NCBI RefSeq assembly: GCF_009914755.1
Contig: NC_060926.1
DNA length: 64,000 nt
Reading direction: 5' to 3' (one strand)
From: the human T2T-CHM13v2.0 reference genome, Homo sapiens
The notes under the pieces are model-generated. The model saw only the letters and a list, made by a program, of their open reading frames with translations, had not been told where the DNA came from and ran no database searches. Below, in pieces: positions 17,640 to 33,748 of the stretch. Numbering within the stretch: the stretch's first letter is position 1; each line of letters begins with the position of its first letter. Position numbers and translations under genes: made by a program.

Positions 17640-18700
17640 CTAATATGCAATTCAAATTGACAAATGCTTGTTGAAAAATTAGTATGTATGAGGCCTGTAC
17701 CTTAGTACAATGGCAGGCAAAAAGATAAATAAGACACGGTCCTTGCCTAATAAGGGCTTATAACCTAATAGGGCTGACAGCTATGTAAATAACCACATTA
17801 TGAAGGAGAGTACAAAAAGTACCATAAAAGTACCATAACAAAAATACAAATCCAATCAGTGACTAGAAGAGGACAGATTAATTCTGTTTTGGGGGAACAG
17901 AAAACCTCAGGGAGAAGGTGAGGGAGGCTTAAGCAGAATTATCAGGAATGGCAGACAGCAAAGCTAAAGGGCAGGAAAATAAAGGCAATGTTTGTAGAGT
18001 GATGAATTTGGACAACTCTGTAGTCAGTATGGGGGTAGGAGTTGCAGTGGATGCTAAAGAAGTAAAAGGCATGCTTCTTGCCTTTAAAGAGCTTTCAAAC
18101 AAGTTGGAGAAATAAGATCTGTGTTCATGAAACAAGGCAGTTCAGTGCTGAACTATGTCATTTAAAAAAAGAAACGAAGGTTACTGACTTTGGAGTTGCA
18201 AAAAGGCAGAGGTCAGTCTGAGGTGATGAGGCCAAGAAAGGTGCATGGAGAAGTCAGCGCTGGAACTGTGCCATAAGCATCATCATGATCTGCTGGGGGC
18301 AGAGAAAACGTTGCGAAGGCATTTCAAGAAAAGGTGGGGGCAGCATGAACAAAGGCATGAAAGTGGTGCCTTGCCTTATGAGTCGGGGAATGAGAAGTTC
18401 AGAGGTTCATGTTGAGGAGTAGCTGGAAATAAAATTGTAGAGTAGAATAAATGCAGATCACAGCAAATCAGGAAAGCCGGGAGGAAGTGTTTGCAGCCAT
18501 ATGGTTGTGAGTAGATGGCTGATGCTGCACTAAAGTAAGTGAATGAGAGTTTCAGATCGAAAAGGATGCACTGGGAAGATCTGCCTGAAAGTGTGAAAAA
18601 CTGCAGTCAGAGAGACTGACTGGGAGACTGATAGGATAGTAACAGTGGGAAAAGAGAGCAAGAAGTAAACCAGAAACCTATTCCAAAAAGGTCTAAAAAT
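17640..18700 (-). mobile_element. L2 fragments
   Basis: caaatgcttgttga...aagacacggtccttgcc 3'-end motif followed by a purine-rich L2 body. Confidence 0.55.
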
Positions 18701-18842
18701 GATCAACAGGATATAGGGGATATACACAATTTACCTACTGCTTAACAGACACTAAGCACAGCATTAGACATTGACTAAAGGGGAAAAAACATCTTTTAAT
18801 TTAACCATTTTCAACTTGAAGACTTTGGTATTTTTCATGATT

Positions 18843-19150
18843 TTCTTTTCTTTTCTTTCTTTCTTTTTTTTTTTTTTTTGAGATACGGTCTCATTCTGTC
18901 GTCTAGGCTGAAATGCAGTGGTGCAATCACCACTCATTGCAGCCTTGACCTCCTGGGCTCAAGCAATCCTCTCACTTCAGCCTCCCAAGTAGATGGAACT
19001 ACAGGTGTGTGCCACCACACCTGGCTAATTTTTGTAGAGACAGGGTTTTGCCATGTTGCCCAGGCTGGTCCTGAACTCCTGAGCTCAAGCGATCCACCCA
19101 CCTCAGCCTTGCAGTGTTAGAATTACAGGTATGAGCCACCGTGCCTGGCC
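18843..19150 (-). mobile_element. AluJ with TSD
   Basis: Flanked by ttttcatgatttt on both sides. Confidence 0.92.
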
Positions 19151-19899
19151 TTTTCATGATTTTTTTGGTAACCGTGTTAAATTTATCAACAAACCATCAG
19201 CAGTTTGTCTATCTTCTGATGTTCAGCTGAGACAAGGAGAAACTAATATCAGAGCTGAAAAATAAAATGTAGTAGAGGTGGGGAGGTTTTTAAATATATT
19301 GAGTTATTTACTGAAAAGTCCAGGAAATCATTAGTAACCTTAATATTTTGTGGAAAGGTTCTTCACCAATTTTAGCTATGCAGGTCCAAGACAATACAAT
19401 ACCATCTACAATACTACAAAATTACAATTAGAAAAAAAACAAAACAAACAAACAAAAAAAACCTCCTTACTAGAAAAGATCACGAAGGAGTTTTTAAAAA
19501 TGTGCATTCCGTTTTGAAAATTGCTATTGAAATGTGGTCTGGTGCTTGTTCCAGAAGTTATTTATAACCAAAGAACATAAAAATTGACAATGATGGGCAA
19601 GCACAATGCCTCCCTGGGTAGAGGTTGAGGCTTATATTGAGAATGAGAATTTGAAAAACAAGCCTTTCCCATTTTAAGCAATCATTGTTTTACCAAAGAA
19701 TTCCAGAGAACTTGGTTTTACTGCAAATTCTATTACTTCATTACAAAATTGGAATACAATGGAATCTATCACCTTGCAGAACAAACTGCCAGAAAAATAA
19801 GTCTTTTTGAGTTATTGTCAAAGAAGGACAGTCCTTGTGAGAATAAGTAGATGCAGCTGAAGTTGGCAACGTTCTCCCTAGTGGGTAACACAACATCAC

Positions 19900-20190
19900 C
19901 TTTTTTTTTTTTTGACAAGATCTTGCTCTGTCACCCAGGCTGGAGAGCAGTGGCACGATCATAGTTCATTGCAGCTTTGACCTCCCTGGCTCAAGTGATC
20001 CTCTCACCTAAACTTTTCAAGCTGGGATCACAGGCGCACGCCACCATGTATGACTAACTTATTATTTTTTGTAGAGACAGGGTCTCCCTATGTGGCTGAG
20101 GCTGGTCTCAAACTCCTGGACTCAAGTGATCCTCCCCATTCAGCATCCCAAAGTATGGGGATTACAGGAATGAGCCAGTGCACTCAGACT
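19900..20190 (-). mobile_element. AluJ
   Basis: Reverse dimer with J-type ctcaagtgatcctc. Confidence 0.9.
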
Positions 20191-21089
20191 TCACCCATCT
20201 TTTGATGGAATGCCTGCATGAGAACTCTATAGCAAAATGCCTTGTACACGAAAGACACTGGAAGCACTTTATTAACCCACTGGCAAAGTCCCCTAGCGAA
20301 AATGTTCCTCAAAACATGGAAGGCTGAGTCTACTTATACCTAAACAACTAAATGAAAAAGGGCTCTTCACGATTATTAGAATTTTTCATTATGGATAATA
20401 AAAATTAAATCATATCTGTCTTGACATATTCTCTATGAACAATGAGGAGCCTATGATTAATTATATTTTGGTTTTTACATCAGCCACCAGGAAGATCAGA
20501 GCTCAGTTCTAGCTTTCTTCTTGGTATAAGATTTTCTGTCTTAATTTATATTTTCTCTATCTTGATATTTTGCTGGTTACTAACTTTTTTGTGGCTTCAT
20601 ATAGTCTTCTAAGCTGCCTGAAAAACTTGTGGAATGAGTTGAGGATAGAAATTAAAAAAAAAAAATCCACCTAGTTTTCATCAAATTGTACCCTATTGTG
20701 TGCAATGAATGAAAATTTCCTCCATTATACAGATGTCTATACAGAATTCTTTTGAACCCTGGGTTGCTACTATCGGGTTAAAATAATTGCTAATAGTTTC
20801 TGTTTTCAGACAGGAAGTTTTCAATCTCTCTCGAAGGATTGCTCGCCAATTTCTCCTAGCAATTTGGAAGTTTCCAGATAAGAAATTAAGTACTTTACTG
20901 TGCTATGTGTCAGCCTAGCTCTGCTCTTGAATGCTGAGTTTGTGACTCATTTGGTATGTTTGTATATTTACTAAGATTAGGTATAAATATGTATTAATAC
21001 TAAATCTACTCAAAATCTTTGTTCTGACTACCTTTTATTTCATCAACATTAAGCTAGAACAAAAATAAGAAAATATTCATTTACTTTGA

Positions 21090-21384
<295 letters not shown>

Positions 21385-22308
21385 TTCATTTACTTTGAAA
21401 AGAAGAATAAAACCGGGAATGGCACTATTAAAGTGACATTTGAAATTGTCCCTGTCAATCTCCAGGCCCATCTTTTATCTTTCTCCTCCCACATGCTCTG
21501 GCCAATAACATGCTTCTCACACTTTTCCAAACATATCTCATCCACACTGTGTGGCACATAGTAGGCACCCAGGTAAAATACTTGTTGTATAAGGTAGGTA
21601 CATACTCTGAAAGCTCCCTGCTCTTGCACAGGAGACTGACTCTTATTTAAAAAGCCCCTTTTCTCCTTGCCCATCTGGCAAACTCCATTTCATCCATCCG
21701 TTGTGTTACAACTGTACGTGTGGCTATTTTACCTTTCTGACAATAACTCCTCAAGGGCAGGTAGTGTATCTTTTTCATCTTTGTGTCCCCATTGTGGGCT
21801 TGGCATATAGTAGGTGTATAATAAGTATGTATAGGAAAGAAGGGAGGGAAGAAGGGCAAAAAAAGAAGGATGGGACTCATATTTCTTTGCATTCATCCTA
21901 AAAAATGTATGGCATTTTCCTAGACACTCAGAGTTGCGTTCAATAGAGAAAAAAACGCTTGCCTCCAATTTTTCAAAACCACCGCTGCAAAAGCAGATTG
22001 AATTTTGTGTTTCACTGAATCCATCCATTCATGATTAATTGGGTAGTTAAGCACTTCTAGTTACATGTGCAGCTGGGAATTCCTCCAGCTGTCATTAATT
22101 TTACTAAAGATTCAAATCCTCACTATTTATCTGCTGAAATGGAGCCATTATTATTCCTCGGCCAATCACAATCAAGTAAATAACTGTCCTGTTATTGAGT
22201 GACAATTGAGTAATTTACAAAAGCTACAAGTATGCTAACTCCAGTTGCCCTGTTGGTTACTATCATAATAAATGCCATGTTATTCAACTTCCTATTTTAT
22301 TCCACTAA

Positions 22309-22768
<460 letters not shown>

Positions 22769-25239
22769 TAAGAGAGGAACTACACTTGAAAACTATGCAC
22801 TATTGGGCAGTGAAACATTCTGAAATGTAATGCATAGTTTTTCAAAAAGAAGAACTAGAATGCTATCATTTCCCCTCATCGCCTGCAATCAAATAACAAA
22901 GTGAGAACAAGGTCCAGCTCATTTTGGCTGTCAGCCTCTCAGCATGGTTCAAGTGCGTGCCAGGATACTGTACTCTTAAATGTAGCCCAGGCCTGCAGAT
23001 GAACCTAAAATATTAAACCCATTTCCCAAAGAAGGAGAAAACAGAAAGTTCAGCCACTATGCCTAGGATGCCTATAATAATCATTTTCTACCCCCAACCT
23101 GGAGTTCTCTCCAGCCCATTGCTTGCTACTCATTGCCATTTCATTTACTAACATATTGTATTATCAATTTACAGTTTCTCACATCGTACAGATAATGCAA
23201 AATACATATTGCTTCCCCCTAAAACACATCTTCCCGATGTGCACTCATCTTTCGAACTAAAAATCCAATTCTCTCTGCAGCAGAAGACAACGATTCATAA
23301 ACTTAAGAACGAGATAATTTGATTGTCAAAACCAAGTGTTTGCAAGTCTTGAGTAGAAAGAAGCTTTGCTCTCTTTAATTCAGAGACCTACAAAAATAAT
23401 ATGATAGAATAGCCACAAATGTATTTTGTACCTGGCAATATAAAGTAGGGATCAGGTTCCGTTTATTTACTCTTTCAAGTATCAGTTGCTTTAGATCAGA
23501 GAAAGGTCTTTAGCTAACAAATGGTTATTCTTCACAACTCAAGAAAACATGACATGTAAGGCCCAGCAAGGGAAAGATGACCAGCGAGCTTGACAGCTAA
23601 AGAGATCAACCAGAAAGGCAAGGCAAGAAGGGCTAGATTTCAATAAATATTCACTGACAAGAAATGGGAATGTGTCATTTACTGTCTAAAACAATTTCAT
23701 AATTAAACTTTTCACAAAACTGAAAGAATTCTCCACTTCGTCTATCAAGTTCATATTCAACTCAATGGGAGTAAACCCTGATACAGCCAGATTACCTTTA
23801 AGTAAAAAGAGTGTTTAGTCAAAACTCTAAGTTAGCTAGAGTTCCTTCTAGCTCTGTATAAGCAGCTACCTCATCCTGTCTTTCTATACATGAGCACATG
23901 CATGCACACACATCACGCTATCCTCTTCCTACTCAGTAGCCTCCAGGAACTGCAATGAAACCAGAATGTAAAACTTGACATTTTTCTCCAAAAAGTTGAG
24001 GGACGCTACATCAACAGAAATTACTCAGTTGAATTTTTATTCTTAGCTCCAATTCAAGCATGATCAACAGTGTGACAGCATTTAAAAGAAGCATCTCACC
24101 AACCCCTTTAAATAAGAACTTCTCATGTTTCATCACATGAGTTTTCAAAAATAGAAAGCAGTTGAAGCCACTGGTTGCCCTATGAGTAAAAGCAAAACAT
24201 TTCTTTTGCAGGGGGTGAAAATCACTGTCTTATGCATTATTTGTAAGTAGCAATCATTGAGCATTAGTACCTATATAAACTTTAAAAATAAACCACTGTT
24301 CCCCACTGCTAGGGAAGAGGGTAAGAGCCTAAGAGCAGTTACTCTATCTATGAAGCCACTAACTTCCTTCATGGCAAGAATAGCTCCTTTGGGGTTAGCC
24401 ATATTTTCAGAAAATGCCTGAGCCACTGTAACTGATGGAGAATAAAGGTGAGATGAAACTCTCTGGTCTTTATCTTTTGCTGTCCTACTTTCATCTGCTT
24501 ATGATTTAAAGGGTGAAACTACAGTCTTGTCCAGCAACAGAAGGCCTTCCTAATTCTGATGGCCCTAAGTCAGGCTCTTGTCTTTTGTCCAGCTTCATCT
24601 CCCTCCACATCCTATCAGTCTTCCCTCATGCTATGCTGAAAAGCTTGTCACTCCCTAGCTCCCTGAACACATCATGTAGATTGCTACCCTGACGTGTCTC
24701 TTTGGTACATTCATCCTAACTCCTACTCATCCTGAAGGCGGAGGCGTGTCACCTTTAGGATGTTTTTTCTGATAACCTTTTTCAGGCTTGCTTAGTTCCC
24801 ATTAAAATTACTGTGTACATTTGTTATCATTGCACTTACATTATTCAGCAGTTATCTCTATATGTTTATTCCCCACTAGCTTGTGTACTCTGAGGTGAAA
24901 ACCACATTTTATCCATCTCTTTTTTTTTTCCTTGAGTTAAACTCAGTACCTAGTTTTATAAATGTTTACTGAATGAGAAAACATGGAAATGAGTAAATAA
25001 TTTACAGGTAATCAGAGAACAGAGGTAGGGAAAACAGAACAAGCAAGGACCCTAATATATGTTCAGGTATTTTCATTTAGGGACCTAGATCAGCTAGCTA
25101 TAGACTTAACCATTCTTTTCTGCATACAAAAGCTTTAGTTTATGTTCATATTTTTTCCTGAATCAGGTCCTTAATATACTAACCAGTAAAGAAATAGAGG
25201 TGAATAACCCAAATTACTGGAAAGAAAAAATATAGGCTA

Positions 25240-25505
25240 TCTTTTAAAATAATCTTATTTTGGAATAATTTTAGATTTACAGAAAAGTTGCAAAGATAGT
25301 ACAGAGTTCCCATATACCCTTCACCCAGTTTCCCCTAATGTTAACACCTTACATAACCAAGGTGCATTTGTCATAAATAAGAAAGTAACACTGGCACGTT
25401 ATTATTAATAAAACGCCAGTCTTTATCAGATTTCACTGGTTTTCTACTAATGTCCTTTTTCTGTTCCAGGAGCATTGCAATTCAGAATACCATATTGTAT
25501 TTAGT
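25240..25505 (-). mobile_element. L1MB/MC 3' end fragment
   Basis: tttagatttacagaaaagttgcaaagatagtacagagttcccatatacccttcacccag motif. Confidence 0.75.
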
Positions 25506-26399
25506 GTGTGTTTTTTAAAATCAAATATTGACTTGATTTTGAATAAGAAAAACAGCTTCAAAAAGTGATTAAACATCTCGGCCATTCTTCCTGTTTTCTT
25601 TCTCTGACATGTGATGGATAGGCCGGCCCTCCTTTCCTGGTCTCAGCCAGGAAGAGCACAGCAAGGAAAGTCCTCTTCACTGGCTGTCATAGCTGTTCCC
25701 TCATGTGGGCTGAGAATATTTCAATCAGGTCAGCACACAGTTTCTAAAGAAAAGAAACTGAGGTAGAGTAGAGATCATTGCAAAGATAACAACCAGGAAT
25801 AAAAAGCATCCTGAGTTGGTGTTTCAAAAGGGTCACAGGCGGATTGAAAGTTCTCAAATATTCTCCAAGAGGCTTTTGTCCTGAAGCCTAGCTTGCTGCC
25901 ACGGATTAGAAAAAAAGAGCTGCAGGAGGAGACCGTGAGGATGGTAAGAGTCTCTGCTGCTGTCAAAGCCCAGTCAGAGAGGCAGGGCCCAGGGAAAAGG
26001 AACAAAGACGCCAGGAGGGAGTCTGATTGCAGCCAAAGAACCTGTTAAGGTGCACAGGCATTAAAAACAGAAAATAAGGAGATCATTTGCTGCTAATTTC
26101 TGTGTTCCCGGGCTTTATAAGATAGACAGTGGTATATTTAGGGAGAGGTGGTAAACTAAGCACTTTGGAAAGTTTGAAAGCAGACACCATGCAGAGACTA
26201 TTCTGAAGGCAAAGAAAAGCTGACCATTTTGCTTGATGATAAAGAGAGGATTTTATTCCAGTTAGAACAGTCACTTAAGGCCAATCAGGGTACCTGAACA
26301 GGTGCTGTGAGTGTAGGCTGTTAGCTAAGGTACCTTCCTGGCATTGTCAACCCTGCTTGGTTTTAGGAATCTGCAACTCAAAGAAAAGTGAAGAAGATC

Positions 26400-26740
26400 C
26401 TGAAGGAAGCATGGGGGAAGCTGCAGATGATGAAAGAGTTATGAAAGTCATGGCAAAAAATCTGGACCAACTCATCTGTAGATAAAAAGCCAAGGGAAGA
26501 CTTTAGATAACATACTTTAAGAATTTGAAAGGCTCAAACTCAAGGGCTGGCAGACAGCCATTTCGCAGTGAGGGCAGAGTGAAAGAAAACATGCCTTGCT
26601 GCAGCTTGAGAGATTTAAGTCAGACATAGGAATACATTTTCTGACTAAGACAGTAAAGGTTATCAGGCACAGGACTAGGTTTCTGAAGCAGGTTATCAAA
26701 TCCCATGCCCTAAGTGTTTTCTCAAATTCCCTTCATTTGG
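26400..26740 (+). mobile_element. L3/CR1 fragment
   Basis: agatttaagtcagacataggaatacattttctgact resembles the CR1 3' region. Confidence 0.5.
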
Positions 26741-27001
26741 GGCATATTTAAATGGAAGTAAGCTGGTATTTTAGATATTTCCGCATTTTCTTTGAGGTGC
26801 AAAGGTGACAAAGGATTTAATTTTTTTTTAAAGAAAGGGAACAGGTGTTATGCTTGAAAAATATTAATTGGATAAATTTAGAAAGAAAAAAAAACTTTAG
26901 GTAAGTTTTTACCATTGACTATCCCTGAATCCTATCTATATATAAATATATTTATAAATATATATATTTATATATATATAATTTCTTCTTTAAAAAAGAG
27001 G

Positions 27002-27325
27002 GGGCTGGTGGGCACAGTGGCTCACGCCTGTATTCCCAGCACTTTGGGAGGCCAAGGGTAGGCGGATCACCTGAGGTCAGGAGTTCAAGACCAGCCTGGC
27101 CAACGTGGTGAAACCCTGTCTCTATTAAAAATACAAAAAAATATCAGCGGGGCATGGTGGCGGGCACCTGTAATCCCAGTTACTCGGGAGGCTGAGGCAG
27201 GGAGAATTGCTTGAACCCGGGAGGTGGAAGTTGCAGTGAGCCGAGATCATGCCACTGCACTCCAGCCTGGGCGACACAGCGAGACTCCATCTCAGGGAGG
27301 AAAAAAACAAAAAAAAAAACAAAAA
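27002..27325 (+). mobile_element. AluS inserted in the T-tract of the L1 3' end
   Basis: Full dimer with L1 3' terminal sequence on both sides. Confidence 0.9.
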
Positions 27326-30300
27326 ATGGGATACAAGTGCAGATTATGCAGGTTCGTTACACAGGTATATGTGTGCCATGGTGGTTTGCTGCACCTACTG
27401 ACCCACCCTCTAAGATCCCTCCCCTCACTCCCCAACCCCCAGCAGGCCCTGTGTGTGTTGTTCCCATTCCCCCTTCTGTGTCCATGTGTTCTCAATGTTC
27501 AACTCCCACTTGTGAGTGCAAACGTGGTGTTTGGTTTTCGTTCTTGTGTTAGTTTGCTGAGGATGATGGCTTCTAGCTTCAAGGATATGATCTCATTCCT
27601 TTTTATGGCTGCATAGTATCCCATGGTGGATACGTACCACATTTTCTTTTATCCAGTCTATGATTGATGGGCATTTGGGTTGGTTCCATGTCTTTGCTAT
27701 TGTAAATCATGCTGCAATAAACATACATGTGCATGTGTCTTTATAGTAGAATGATTTATTTTGGGGGGTATATCAAATGGTATTTCTGGTTCTAGATCCT
27801 TGAGGAATCGCCATACTGTCTTCCACAATGGTTGAACTAATTTACATTCCCACCAACAGTGTAAAAGCGTTCCTATTTCTCCACAGCCTCGCCAGCATCT
27901 GTTGTTTCCTAACTTTTTAATAATTGCCATTCTGACTGGCATGAGATGGTATCTCACTGTGGTTTTGATTTGCATCTCTCTGATGATCAGTGATGTTGTG
28001 TTTTTTTTCATATGTTTGTTGGCCGCATAAATGTCCTTTTGAGAAGTGTCTGTTCCTATCCTTTGCCCACTTTTTCGTGGGGTTTTTCTTGTAAATATGT
28101 TTAAGTTCCTTGTAAATTCTGGACATTAGACCTTTGTCACATGGGTAGATTGCAACAATTTTCTCCCATTCTGTAGGTTGCCTGTTCACTCTCATGATAG
28201 TTTCTTTTGTTGTGCAGAAGCTCTTTAATTTCCTATGCCTATGTCCTGAATGGAACTGCCTAGGTTTTCTTCTAGGGTTTTTATGGTTTTGGGTTTTACA
28301 TTTATGTCTTTAATCCATCTTGAGTTAATTTTTGTGTAAGGCATAAGGAAGGGGTCCAGTGTCAGTTTTCTGCATATGGCTAGCTAGTTTTCCCAGCACC
28401 ACTTACTGAATAGGAGATCCTTTCCCCATTGCTTGTTTTTGTCAGGTTTGTTGAAGATCAGATGGTTGTAGATGTGTGGTGTTATTTCTGAGGTTCTTGC
28501 CCCATTAGTCTATACATCTGTTTTGGTACCAGTACCATGCTGTTTTGGTTACTGTAGCCTTGTAGTATAGTTTGAAGTCAGGTAGCATGATGCCTCCAGC
28601 TTTGTTCTTTTTGCTTAAGATTGTCTTGGCTATATGGGGTCTTCTTTGATTCCATATGAAATTTAAAATAGTTTTTTTCTAATTCTGTGATGAATGTCAA
28701 TGGTAGTTTGATGGGACTAGCATTGAATCTATAAATTACTTTGGACAGTATGGCCATTTTCACAATATTGATTCTTCCTATCCATGAGGATGGAATGTTT
28801 TTCCATTTGTTTGTGTTCTGTCTTATTTCCTTAAGCAGTAGTTTGTAGTTCTCCTTGAAAAGGTTCTTCACATCCCTTGTCAGCTGTATTCCTAGGTAGG
28901 TATTTTATTCTCTTTGCAGTGATTGTGAATGGGAGTTCATTCATGATTTGGCTCTGCTTGCCTGCTGTTGGTGTAAAGGAATGCTTGTGATTTTTGTACA
29001 TTGATTTTGTGTCCCAAGACTTTGCTGAAGTTGCTTATCAGTTTAAGGAGTTTTGGGACTGAGGTGATGGTGTTTCCTACATATTAAATCATGCCATCTG
29101 TGAACAGACACAACTTGACTTCCCCTCTTCCTATTTGAATACCCTTTCTTTCTTTCTCTTGCCTGATTGCCCTGGCCAGAACTTCAAATACTATGTTGGA
29201 TAAGAGTGGTAGGAGGGGGCATCCTTGTCTTGTACCAGTTTTCAAAGGGAATACTTCCAGCTTTTGTTCATTCAGTGTGATATTGGCTGTGGGTTTGTTA
29301 TAAATAGCTCTTATTATTTTGAGATGTGTTCTATCAATGACTTGCGTATGTTGAACCAGCCTTGCATCCCAGGAATGAAGCCGTCTTGATCATGGTGGAT
29401 AAGTTTTTTGATGTGCTGCTGGATTCAGTTTGCCAGTATTTTATTGAGGATTTTCACACTGATGTTCATCAGGGATATTGGCCTGAAGTCTTCTTTTTTT
29501 TGTTATACCTCTTCCTGGTTTTGGTATCAGGATAATGCTGGCTTCATAAAATGAGTTAGGGAAGAGTCCCTCTTTTTCAATTGTTTGGAATAGTTTCAGA
29601 AGAAATGGTACCAGCTCCTCCTTGTATTTCTAGTAGAATTCAGCTGTGAATCCGTCTGGTCCTGGGCTTTTTTTGGTAGGCTATTAATTACCCAATTTCA
29701 GAGCTTATTATTGGTCTATTCAGGGATTTGACCTCTTCCTGGTTTAATCTCGGTAGGGTGTATGTGTCCAGGAATTCATCCATTTCTTCTAGATTTTCTA
29801 GTTTATTTTTGCATAGATGTGTTTTTAGTATTCTCTGATGGTAATTTGTATTTCTTGGGGTCAGTGGGGATATCCCCTTTATCATTTTTTATTGTGTCTA
29901 TTTGATTCTTCTCTCTTTTCTTCTTCTTTATTAGTCTAGCTAGCAATCTATTTGTTAATTTTTTCAAAAAAACAGCTCCTGGATTCGGTGATTTTTTGGA
30001 GTGTTTTTGTGCCTCTATCTCCGTCAACTCTTCTCTGATCTTAGTTATTTCTTGTCTTCTACTAGCTTTTGGATTAGCTTGCTCTTGCCTCTCTAGCTCT
30101 TTTAATTGTGATGTTAGGGTGTTGATGTGAGATCTTTCTAGCTTTCTGATGTGGGCATTTAGTGCTATACATTTCTGTCTTAACACTGCTTTAGCTGTGT
30201 CCCAGAGATTCTGGTACGTTGTCTCTTTGTTCTCATTGGTTTCAAAGAACTTCTTGATTTCTGCCTTAATTTCATTATTTACCCAGGAGTCATTCAGGAG

Positions 30301-30402
30301 CAGGTTGCTCAATTTCCATGTAATTGTGTGGTTTGAGTGAGTTTCTTAATCCTGAGTTCTAATTTGATTGCACTGTGGTCTGAGAGACTGTTTCTTATGA
30401 TT

Positions 30403-31065
30403 TCAGTTCTTTTGCATTTGCTGAAGTGTTTTACTTCCAATTATGTGGTCAATTTTAGAATAAATGCCAGGTGGCACTGAGAAGAATATATATTCTGTTG
30501 ATTTGGAGTAGAGAGTTCTGTAGATGTCTACTAGGTCCACTTGATCCAGAGCTGAGTTCAAGTCCTGAATATCCTTGTTAATTTTCTGTCTCGTTGATCT
30601 GTCTAATAATACTGACAGTGGGGTGTTAAAGTCTCCCACTATTATTGTGTGGGAGTCTAAGCCTCTTTGTAGGTCTCTAAGAACTTGTTTTATGAATCTG
30701 GGTGCTCCTGTACTGGATGCATATATATTTAGAATAGTTAGCTCTTCTTGTTGAATTGTTCCCTTTACCATTATGTAATGTCCTTCTTTGTCTTTTTTGA
30801 TCTTTGTTGGTTTAAAGTCTGTTTTGTCAGAGACTAGAATTGCAACCCCTGCTTTTTTTTTCTTTCCATTTGATTGGTAAATTTTTCTCCATCCTTTTAT
30901 TTTGAGCTTTACATGTCTTTGCATGTAAGATGGATCTCCTGAATACAGCACACCAATGGGTCTTGACTTTATCCAATTTGCCACACTGTGTCTTTTAATT
31001 GGGGCATTTAGCCCATTTACACTTAAGGTTAGTATTGCTATGTGTGAATCTGATCCTGTCATCAT
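30403..31065 (-). pseudogene. L1 ORF2 endonuclease domain remnant
   Basis: MTGSDSHIAILTLSVNGLNAPIKR...IVGDFNTPLS...YSKIDH. The conserved Asn is changed to Ser, the IQET segment is out of frame, and the frame ends before the SDH motif. Confidence 0.9.
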
Positions 31066-31339
31066 GATGCTATTTGGTTATTTTGCACAATAGTTGATGC
31101 AGTTTCTTCATAATGTCATTGGTCTTTATATTTTGGTGTGTTTTTGCAGTGCCTGGTACTGGTTTTTCCTTTCCATATTTAGTGCTTCTCTCAGGAACTC
31201 TTACAGGGCAGGACTGGGGGTAACAAAACCCCTCAGCATTTGCTTGTCTGAGAAGGATTTTATTTCTCCTTCGCTTATGAACCTTAGTTTGGCTGGATAT
31301 GAAATTCTGGGTTGAAAATTCTTTTAAGAATATTGAATA

Positions 31340-31640
31340 GGCCAGGTGTGGTGGCTCACGCCTGTAATCCCAGGACTTTGGGAGGCAGAGGAGGGTGGAT
31401 CATGAGGTCAGGAGATCGAGACCATCCTGGCTGACATGGTGAAAACCCATCTCTACTAAAAAATGCAAAAAAATCGCCGGGGGTGGTGATGGGTATCTGT
31501 AGTCCCAGCTACTCAGGAGGCTGAGGCAGGCGAATGGCATGAACCCAGGAGGCGGAGCTTGCAGTGAGCCGAGATCACGCCACTGCACTCCAGCCTGGGC
31601 GACAGAGCGAGACTCCATCTCAAAAAAAGAAAAAAAAAAA
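31340..31640 (+). mobile_element. AluY-like inserted in L1 ORF1
   Basis: gagatcgagaccatcctggct diagnostic; TSD agaatattgaata. Confidence 0.93.
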
Positions 31641-33257
31641 GAGAATATTGAATATTGGCCTCCAGTCTCTTCTGGCTTGTAGAGTTTCTGCTGAGAGATC
31701 CATGTTAGTCTGATGGGCTTCCCTTTGCAGGTCACCTGGCCTTACTCTCTGGCTGCCCTTAACAGTTTTTCCTTCATTTCAACCTTGGAGAATCTGATGA
31801 TTATGTGTCTTGGGGTTGATCTTCTCATGGAGTATCTTAATGATGTTCTCTGTATTTCCTGAATTTGCACGTTGGCCTGTCTTGCTAGGTTGGGGAAGTT
31901 CTCCTGGATAATATCCTGAAGTGTGTTTTCCAGCTTGTTTCCATTCTCTCCATCTCCTTCTGGTATCCCAATCAATTGTAAGTTTGGTCTTTTTACGAAT
32001 TCCCATATTTCTTGGAGGCTTTGTTCATTCCTTTTCATTCTCTCTATTCTTGTCTGCATGTCTTATTTCAGTAAGGTGGTTTTCAAATTCTGATATCCTT
32101 TTTTCTGCTTGGTCGATTCAGCTATTGATACTTGTGTATGCTTCACCAAGTTCTCGTGCTGTGTTTTTCAGCTCCATTAGGTAATTTATGTTCCTCTAAA
32201 CTGGTTATCCTAGTTAGCAGTTCCTCTTACCTTTTATCAAGGTTCTTAGCTTCTTTGCATTGGGTTAGAACATGCTCCTTTAGCTCAGTGTAGTTTTTTA
32301 TTACCCATCTTCTGAAGCCTACTTCTGTCAATTCATCCATCTGACCCTCTGTCCAGTTCTGTGCCCTTGACAGAGAGATGGTGCAATCATTTGGAAGAGA
32401 AGAGGCACTCTTGCCTTTTGGGTTTTCAGCATTTTTCATTGATTCTTTCTCATCTTTGTGAGTTTGTCTAGTCTCAGTCTTTGAGGCTGCTGACCCTTGG
32501 ATGGGTTTTTTGTGGGGGCCTTTTGTTGTTGTTGATGATGCATTGTTGTGGCTTTCTGCTTGTTTTTCTTTCAATAGTCAGGTCCCTCTTCTGCAGGGCT
32601 GCTGCAGTTTGCGGGGGTTCACTTCAGGCCCTATTCATCTGATTCACTCCAGTGCCTGGAGATGTCACTCAAGGAGGCTGGAGAACAGCAAAGATGGATG
32701 CCTGGTCCTTCTTCTGGGACCTCTGACCTCAAGAGGCACCAACCTGATGCCAGCAGGATCCCTCCTGTATAGGGTGTCTGACAACCCCTGTTGGAGGGTG
32801 TCACCCAGTTGAGTGGCACGGGGAGCAGGACCCATTTAACAAAGCACTTTGTCCCTTGGTGGAGGGGGTGTGCTTTGCTGGGGGAAACCCACTCATCTGG
32901 GCTACCCAGATTCCTCAGAACTACCAAGAGGAGAGGCTAAGTTTGCTGGTCCACAGAGACTGCGGCCACACCTCCCCCTAGAGGCTCAGGCCCAGGGACA
33001 TCCAGATTCTGTCCCTAAGCCTCTGGCTGAAGTTATTGGAGTTCCTGCAGGGAAGCCTCACCCAATGAGTAAGGATGGGTCAGGGTCAGGCCTGAAGGGA
33101 CACTGGCCACAAACTAACACAGCCGGTCTGTTGGGCTGTGGGGACAAGTCTTGGGACCAAGCTGTCCAGCCTCCCTGGCTCCAGCAGGGAAAAAGTACAG
33201 CCTGGACGTATAGAAATGGGTGCCGCCCTTCCCCCGCCCAGGGAGCTCAGCGTGTTA

Positions 33258-33748
<491 letters not shown>

